Positions 55,091 through 64,000 of a stretch of DNA of 64,000 bases are shown in pieces (the stretch's first letter is position 1; the number at the start of each line of letters is the position of its first letter). The notes beneath the pieces were generated by a model. It was not told where the DNA came from. It did no database searches and was given only the letters and a program-made list of their open reading frames with translations. The position numbers and the translations under genes were made by a program. Origin of the DNA: Lama guanicoe (Eukaryota); the NCBI GenBank assembly GCA_013239625.1, contig MU054187.1, positions 3,483,757 through 3,547,756 of the forward strand, read 5' to 3'.

Positions 55091-56204
55091 TCCCATAATT
55101 TTATGTTACGTGGAAGTCTCAGCAGGTCTCCAGGCTCTTATGATGACAGAAGGAGACTCGTTTTGTTTCGTTCTCCTTTGTTGCTATGTACTGTAACAAG
55201 CAGACAGAAAAGTGCATACCACACCAAGTTACATAATTCAAGTTCACAGCTAATGAAAGCCTGTGTGGTGACCCCTGCGATCACACCCAGAAGCCCCCAC
55301 CTACCCCTCCCCAACCATAACCCCACCTGCCCCGAAGGCAGCTGCTATTCTGACCTTTGTGACAATTTCCTGACTTCTCTTTGTAGTTCTCCTACCCTTG
55401 AATGTGGGGATGTGTGTGCGTCCCCACACAATGTAGGTTCATTTTGCTTGTTTCTGAACTTTATATAAATGAATCCTGCCTGTTTCTCACTCTTTATCAA
55501 TGGAGTTGGTATTGATGGTTTTGGCGGCTATGAACGATGCTGCTGTGAGCATCTCTGAGCTGCTTGGAGCAGGGGTACGTGAGTTCCTCTAGATGACCAG
55601 GAGTGGATTTGCTGGACCACAGGTGTATGAATCTTCAACTCTACTAAATGCTGCTAGCTTAGTTTCCAGGGCGCTTGTCTGGGCTAGACTCTCACCAGTC
55701 ATGCACAAGGGGTCGCAGTGTTCCATTTCCTGACACCAGAGTGGTGCCTGGGTGGATGTGGTCCCCATGTTGGCACAGCCCGTTGGGATGGTCACTCAAG
55801 ATAATTGCACTTGCAAGGAGGCTGCTCTGTCAACATCCCTTGAGGATGCTGTTGAAGGCAGAAGCTTTACAACTGAATTTCAGTGATGCTCAGAAAAGAG
55901 CCCAGGAAAGGGCCTGCAGGAGCTGCCCCTGTTCCCCTGCCAAGGGGCTGGCGCTACCTGCACTCAAGATCATCACACTTTGTAATCTAGGTCTTGCTGG
56001 ATGCTGGTCTCTCCCTGCGGGTTTACTTGCAGTTCCCTGATTACTAATAAGATCTCACAAGCATGTTAGTCATTACGATTTCTCCTTTCTAAAATGCCCA
56101 TCCAAGCCTTTGCCTATCTTTCTACTTTTCTTATTGATTTGTAGGAATTCTTTATATATTCTGGACACTAGTACTTTGTCAGTTGTATGTATCAAAGAGG
56201 GTTT

Positions 56205-57430
56205 TTTTTGTTGTTGTTGTTGAAGTCTAGTTGATATACAATGTTAGTTTCTGGTGTACAGCATAGTGATTCAGTTATACATGTATATATTCTTTTTCAT
56301 TATAGGTTATTACAAGATATTGAATGTAGTTCCCTGTGCTATACATTAGGACCTTGTTATTTATCTATTTTACATATAGTAGTTTGTATCTGTTAATCCC
56401 AAACTCCTAATTTATCCTTCCCCCTGCCTTCCCCTTTGGTAACCTTAAGTTTGTTTTTTATGTCTGTAAGTCTGTTTCTGGTTTGTAGATAAATTCATTT
56501 GTATCACTTTTTTTAGATTCCACATATAAGTGATATCATATGCTGTTTTTCTCTCTCTGTCTGAGTTACTTCACTTATCTGATAATCTCTAGGTCCATCC
56601 ATGTTGCTGCAAATGGCATTATTTCATTCTTTTTCATGTCTGAGAAATATTCCATTTTATATATATTTATATATCTTTATCCATTCATCTTTTTTTAGGA
56701 TTTTTTAACATTTTTTATTGATTTATAATCATTTTACAATGTTGTGTCCAATTCCAGTGTAGAGCACAATTTTTCAATCATACATGAATATACATATATT
56801 CATTGTTACATTTTTTTCTCTGTGAGCTACCATAAGATCTTGTACATATTTCCCTGTGCTGTACAGTATAATCTTGTTTATCTATTCTACAATTTTGAAA
56901 TCCCAGTCTCTCTCTTCCCACCCCCCGCCCCCTTGGCAACCACAAGTTTGTATTCTATGTCTATGAGTCTGTTTCTGTTTTGTACTTATGTTTTGTTTGT
57001 TTTTTTGTTTTGTTTTGTTTTGTGGTTTTTTTTTTTTAGATTCCACATATGAGCGATCTCATATGGTATTTTTCTTTCTCTTTCTGGCTTTACTTCACTT
57101 AGAATGACATTCTCCAGGAGTATCCATGTTGCTGCAAGTGGCGTTATGGTGTCGGTTTTTATGGCTGATCCATTCATCTTCTTTATCCAGTCATCTGTCA
57201 GTGGACATTTAGGTTGTTTCCATGTTTGGCTACTGTAAATAGTGCTGCTGTGAACATTGGGGTGCATGTGTCTTTTTGAATTAGAGTTTTCTCCAGATAC
57301 ATGCCCAGGAGTGGGTTTGCTGGATCATATGGTAACTCTATTTTTAGTGTTTTAAGGAACCTCCATACTGTCCTCTGTAGTGGCTGCAGCCATTTACATT
57401 CCCACAGTGCAGGAGGGTTCCCTTTTCTCC
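56205..57430 (-). mobile_element. L1 3' portion containing a nested younger L1 3' end (56692-57167)
   Basis: Two poly-T-led 3' UTRs; TSD ATCCATTCATCTT at 56679-56691 and 57168-57180; [21 protein letters not shown] downstream. Confidence 0.85.
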
Positions 57431-57969
57431 AGAGAAGGTGTATTTTCTTGTTACATCTTGCTGTGTGCTGCCATGGGTACATTTCTGAACTTTTAAATAA
57501 ATTTACAATGGAAACTTCTTGATTCAGATAATATTAAAGGACTTTTGTTGGTGGAATTTACCTTAAATTTACTTTTAAGAGGCATAGGAAAGATCCTATT
57601 ATTTGTAATTATACACTTAGATGGAAAATCAGTTTAATATATTCTTGATTCCATTGTTTCGGGTAGGTTGTGGCTTTTGAAAATGACCTAGGGCAGTGTT
57701 TTGTAAGCTTTCCATTACTGTCTTAGCCGTATGTTGTAACAGTTACTTTATTTTATGTACCTCATTCTTCATTTTTCTGTAGGACACTGCTACTAGGTAC
57801 AAATCAAAGGGGAACATAAAAGGAAAAATTTTAGCTGAAAAATCAGTATTAAGGATCAGAAGAAAAATTAAGTTGCTTGTTAGCTGTATACTAACACTTT
57901 TTCTTGCTCATTTGAAAGTGTAGAAGTAGAAACATACTCCCTTTTCTTTGTAAAAATAATTCCTTTTAG

Positions 57970-58490
57970 AACCCTCCTACACTGCTGAATGGATACAGAA
58001 GTTGTGGCATATATATACATATATATGTATGTATATAGTGGAATATTACTCAGCTATTAAAAAGAATGAAATAATGCCCTCTGCAGCAGCAAGGATGGAC
58101 CTAGAGATTATCATACTAAGTCTGACAGAGAAAGACAAATGTTATATGATGTCACTTTTATATGGAATAAAAAAAATACAAATTATATTTACAAACTAGA
58201 AACAGACTCATGGACATAGAAAACAAACTGGTTACCGGGAGGAAAGGTGACAGGAAGGATAGATTAGGAGTTTGTGATTAATAGATGCACATTACTGTAT
58301 ATAAAATAGACAAACAACAAGGACATATTATAGAGCACAGGGAACTATATTCAATTTCTTGCAATGAGCCGTGATGGAAAAGAAACTAAAAATATATATG
58401 TCTGTATGTGTCTAACTGAATTGCTTTGCTGTACACCTGAAACTAACATTGTAAATCAACTATACTACAATAAAAAATAAGAAAAAAAAT
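57970..58490 (+). mobile_element. L1 3' end (artiodactyl type)
   Basis: VEYYSAIKKNEIMPSAAARMDLEIIILS, then 3' UTR and an A-rich tail. Confidence 0.87.
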
Positions 58491-59670
58491 CCTTTTGTAA
58501 AAAAAAGATACATACTTATTCACAAATTTAATCAAAAGAGAAAGGAACAAAAGAAAGTAAAAGCAGCCCAAATCCTGCCACCTGAGAGCATCATTCTCAG
58601 TTTCCCTGAGTATACGCTGTGCGTAGCAGGTAACCATGTAACCTGGAGCAGGGACTGAACACGTTCACATCACCATTTCTTAGACTGTGTGTTTCTTGGG
58701 GCAGGTGCTGCCGAGCTGTAACACACCAGGTCGAGGTAGCCAGCAGGGTGACTCGCGGTGGTGACTGGCTGCCACTCCCTCCTCACCTGCTTCAGCACTC
58801 GCTAGAGAACTGTGGAAACAGAAAGGAAAGGAAAGGAGCGTGTGATTTTTCTGTAGTTCTGCTTTGCAAACCACTGAGAAAAGGCTTTCCCAGGAGAAAA
58901 TCAAGCTCAAACTTCCCAGAAAAGCGGTGCCTTGGGGGAACTGCATTAAGGGAGCAGTATTTCCCCAAGTGCGTTCCGTGGGGTTTGAAAAGGTACATGA
59001 AGAAGTCTTCTGTGGTCAAGGAAGCATGGGAAATGCTGAGGTCGACCGAGTGGGACAGGCGTCTTCACTGACGGGCTCTCCGTGCTTCTGCTGTGTCTCC
59101 GGGGTGGCGCGGGCGCCGTGGGCAGTGGTCCCCGGAAGGTTCAGCCCAGAGCCCTTCCTTCCCCCAGCATCACCCGTGTCCACGTCTCTTAGAAAACTTT
59201 GGAGAATGCTTATTTGATCCTAGAGTATTGTTTGTACGTCAAAGTTAGAGTAAATAATTTTTTTCAAGTGCAAAGTTTTTTTTCTGATTATAGAATAGTA
59301 TGTAATCATAATCACCAAGGTAGGGTGAACAAAATTAAAATCACCCGTAATTGCACGACTGGAGATAGCCGGTGCCCTGTGTATTTTAGTGTGTTTTCTT
59401 CCAGATCATTGTCAGTGTGTGTGGGTGTGTAAGAGTATGTAGAATTATGGTGTGGGGTGTTTATTTTTTTTTTTTTTTTGGTCTTGGATAAAGAACATTT
59501 TATTAATTAGAGAAAATCTAACTAACTAGAGAAAATGGTGGCGTTCATATGGGATTTTACTATTGTTTTATTCAAAAAACCTTTTGGTTTTAGAATAATT
59601 TTAGGTTTGGGGTGGAAGAGCATACACCCTTTACTCAGCCCCCCCTAAGGTCACATATACAGAGTTTTAG

Positions 59671-60054
<384 letters not shown>

Positions 60055-60978
60055 TAGGCTTGCGAAGGAAGACCTCTAACGTCCAGAGAATACTCAAATT
60101 AAAAATTACATTTATGTTTGGAATACAATGACTGTAAATTATATTTATATTTAAATTATAAATCGTAAACCAGCATGCTCACCACCCCGAAAAAAATCAG
60201 AAAATACAGGAACACTGAGCATTTTCACAAACCACCTCATTGGACGGCATCTGTTGTCAAAGTGATGTATCCTTGTCCTCGTTTGTCTGCACTTGTCTCC
60301 ATGTACACACAGAACAGCCCCGAGAGTAGTACCCCACACCTAGCAGGCCCCCAGTAAATGGTCGTCAAATAAATATGCATTTCAAATACGGTATTATTGT
60401 AATGTGTTCAAAATGTGAGTTCTCAGCATTCCACAGCCAGTTCATTTTCCTGTTAGCGCTCAGTGTTCAGGGTGTGACTGAGAAATGTTCATAATTTAAA
60501 AACTTGTCAAGGTGGAATTCCCGTGTAATCACAGAGTCACTGAAGAAGAGGTTTTAAACAACCTTTGTGGTCACCTTCAGATGAAGGAGTTTGACTCACC
60601 ATCCTTCTCCCTTCGGGTCGGTAGAGATACTAACAAACCACCTCATGACTTCTAGAGAATCAGAATCTTCAGAAGGAATGAAGGAAGGAAAGAATCGTAA
60701 GCCGTAGCCCAGATTTAGTAATCGTCTCATGCAGAATGGAGAGTACAGTGTGATGTCATAGCTGACTAGGTTAGAAAGAGGATTATTACATTTCCTTATT
60801 TAATATGTTACTATTTCAGAATATTAATCACTCAGAGTTCTTCCAAACAAGGACATTGTTAAAAAAAAAAAAAGTTGTATCATTTAGGTTGTTTTAGCCC
60901 AGAAACCAGACTCAGGACCAGACGCTGAAGCAGGAATTCCATAGATATTTCTTGGATTAATTAACTAATGGTATTCTT

Positions 60979-61102
60979 TTTTTTAATAATTTAATTTAAC
61001 TTAATTTATTTTATTATTTTCTGATGGAAGCACTGGGGATTGAACCCAGGACGTTGTGTGTGCTAAGCATGCACTGTACCACTGAGCTATTACCTGCCCC
61101 CC
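60979..61102 (-). mobile_element. tRNA-derived SINE (Vic-1-like) 100 nt upstream of exon 10
   Basis: Family body on the minus strand; degenerate TSD ACTAATGGTATTCTT / ACTAATAGTGTTCTT (13/15). Confidence 0.85.
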
Positions 61103-61179
61103 ACTAATAGTGTTCTTAATCACAAAGGCTCGCTTGAATTTTGTTTGGATTTTTCTCTTGTGTGTTTGAATTGCACTAA

Positions 61180-61329
<150 letters not shown>

Positions 61330-61618
61330 TGACTCAGGGTGACGTCCGGGGAGAAGGCGTTGGCGCTGAGGGTTTCCCAGTGGTGGTGGCGACAGAAAGG
61401 CCTTCCAAAGAACGCGTCCTTGGAGACAGTGATGGGGGCTTCACTTGGAGCGAGTGTGTCCATGGCGAGGTTTGACCCGGGCGCCTCCATCTCTGACCCA
61501 GGTCCGCCTCCTTAGACTTGTATCCATTTCCGCACAAGAGGTAGAAACAGCGCAGCTGAACCGATCTGTGCACTGCGTTTTGAAAGAGCAGTTCCACGCA
61601 GTATAAGCACAGCATCTT

Positions 61619-61824
61619 TTTTTTTATTCTTCTTTTTTTTATTGAAGTGTAGTCGATTTACAATGTTAGTTTCAGGTGTAAAGCAAAATGATTCAGTCAT
61701 ACACATACATACATAAAGATTTTTTCAGATTCTCTTCCATTACAGCTCATTACAAGAAGCTGAATATAGTTCCCTGTGCTCTACAGGAGGTCCTTGTTGT
61801 GTCTCTATTTTATATATAGTGATG
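61619..61824 (-). mobile_element. L1 3' end (artiodactyl type)
   Basis: Poly-T, then attgaagtgtagtcgatttacaatgttagtttcaggtgta; degenerate TSD AAGCACAGCATCTT / AAGCCCAGCACCTT. Confidence 0.83.
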
Positions 61825-64000
61825 AAGCCCAGCACCTTCTAAGTGATGCATGTGTGCGGCTGAGTTCCTAATCTAAAGTACTGACGCTTTAAGTCCTCGG
61901 TGTTCCTGAAAACAGAGAACTGTCTTCCTTCCCTGCTCTGTCCCGCTTTCACTCCTTGTTGGGTGTGTCTTTGGGATTCTGAGAAACATTCATTCATAGC
62001 ATTTGTTGCCAATGTGTTTACTTTGGAATCGTGTTCTCTGAAGAGTACTTCGCAGGAGAGGGAAGTTATCCGGAAACCCAGGACTGTGCCTGGGGTCCCA
62101 AGGAAATGCTCAGGTGAAGGGTGCCCACTACTGACTTTCAGTGGTTTCATTGTGTCCCTTAGTCAGTGACGTTCAGCTCCTTGCTTGTTTCTCAGTATGG
62201 CTCACGGGTGGTTTCTGTTGGGAAGGCCACGGCCCATCAGGCCCAAAGTAGCACAGGAGATTTCTGGAAGTTCTGGAACAGGCAGGTCTTAATGGTCCTC
62301 GTTCCTTTCCCATTCCCTCCTCAGACCGTCTTTTAAAAGTTGGGGAATTGGTAAGTCCTTCCCGGGAAGATGAGGCCAAAGGAATGATTTAGCCCACAGG
62401 TGGAGCGCGTGGAGGAAGCAGGGGTGGAACCCGCGCTGTGCAGGAGAGTGTGGGGGCGGAACCGGAGTCCAGCGCCCTGGACCGGGTCTGCCCCGCGGCC
62501 CTGCCGCTCGGTGGCCACGCCACTGTCAGCAGGGCCTTCGCCTCCGTGGGTTAGTTTTCTCTCCTGTCAACTGGGAATGGTCCTTGCTGCTTCAAGGAGC
62601 TGTTGCGGGGATCAAGTCCCACGAGCTGGCGTGGACACGGCACTTCAGAGGCTGCTGCTGGACGCCGAGGAAAACTTGGGGGCGACGGCCCCCATCACTG
62701 CAGTAAAGGTGCAACATCTAGTTTCAGTGCACGGAGTGCTGAGTGTCTGCGGGAGGGTCACCAGGTCAGCAGCACCCACGAAGTCCCTAAGCAGCACAAA
62801 GCTCACTGTCTTTACAGGAGAACTCCATCTCCTTTTGGCTCCACTTCTGTTCAGGGAGCAAGCCTCACCCCGACCCTTCCCTCAAGGGGGCGCTCGTGAG
62901 ACCTCCTGCGGCCCCTTAATTGTCCCGTTTCATCTGCTCCTGGCTTTCCTCGTTAAACTACTGACAACATGAGCAGGGGCCTGAACCGTGGCAACAAGGG
63001 TGGGGCCTTGACGCCTCCGCCTCAGCCCCAGACCGCGTACCTCCCACATCCTCCGCGCTAACCACAGCGCTGCCCGGTCCCACTGCGCCGCCATCCCTTC
63101 CCTCGGGTGCTACCCCGCGCGCCGCCTCCGGGAGCCGTTCTGAAATGATCTCCAAAGAAAGGCATCTCTGGATGTTTTCTCCTTTTCCTCGCCATCGTGC
63201 GCCGCTGGTTAACGTTGCCGCTTTCCCGCAGTGAATGACTGCGGAATGGTGAACACTAACAAAGCCGGCCGAGGCGGTGGAGGACAACTCGGTGCCTGAT
63301 AGTCCAGGCTTTCCCACGCTTCTGCACGGGACCGTGACTGGAAACAGGGGGAAGCAGCAGACCTGTGTGGGGCCGGGGGGGTATTTGAAGTCGAACAATG
63401 AGTAGTCTGTGCAACGTGTTTATGCTTTCTTCCTTTCACTGGCGTCGGCGGTAGCATCAGAGATTCGGGAACTTGAGTGTTCACAAGAGGACATAGTTAA
63501 ACTCAGCAGTTTTTTGCAGTGGGAGACAGATTAGAAATAAACCTGTTTACTTCCTCGCAGCCCCGGAAGAGTAAGGACGTGGTGGGGGAGGTGTGAGGGG
63601 CAGCCTTGGGACTTTTCCCAGGCTCTCACATGGCCTCTTCTTCCCTCTCCTTACCACCGACCCCCGCCCTCCCCTCCACTTCCCCCTCCCGATTCTCCCA
63701 GTGCCAGTCGAGACAGGAAGTGGGTGAGGGCACGTGACGGCCTCTCAGTTCATGTGGGGGCTTCATTTCATCACTTCCTGTCTCAGGATGAGTTAGTCCT
63801 AAAAGGCTCTTTGGAGCCCAAGTGTGATCCTCACTCCCCAGCCCATCTCTGAGCACCCCTGCCACCGCCCCACCGCCTTCCTCCCCTTTTAATGGAGAAT
63901 GAGGCTGTCAGCTCTGTGCGGTGCCTTTCTTCTTGTGTTAAATGAAGCCATTTGTGCTTTTTGTGCTGCAATAGGAAAGTGACCCCTTTGCAAAGGAAGT

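Noticed and set aside
62400..63400. 190-aa and 146-aa ORFs in a GC-rich part of intron 10
   Set aside because: No kinase motifs such as the expected exon 11 IAEGMAYIE/HRDL; they overlap a probable MIR.

Overview
This is mammalian genomic DNA, probably camelid, judging from eight copies of a tRNA-derived SINE resembling Vic-1 and from artiodactyl-type L1 3' ends. It holds the middle of the Src-family kinase gene LYN on the + strand. About 38.8 kb of intron 1 is followed by nine coding exons (exons 2-10 in human numbering, 38828-61278). These splice with canonical GT-AG boundaries into an open 1050-nt CDS (codons 1-350: SH4/unique, SH3, SH2, linker, kinase N-lobe/hinge and start of the C-lobe). 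I did not recognise the non-coding exon 1, and exons 11-13 are not in the window. The rest is intronic: L1, L2/MIR, SINEs, DNA-transposon fossils, three CpG-rich patches and one N gap. Almost all ORFs in the supplied track are spurious. I see no multi-gene novel system. The most unusual features are a 47-nt tandem duplication that gives exon 9 a second, identical but out-of-frame splice donor, a 27-bp-periodic cluster of STAT (GAS) motifs just upstream of exon 2, and inverted L1 ends bracketing exons 9-10. Repeat family names are from recalled consensus sequences, not from a search.
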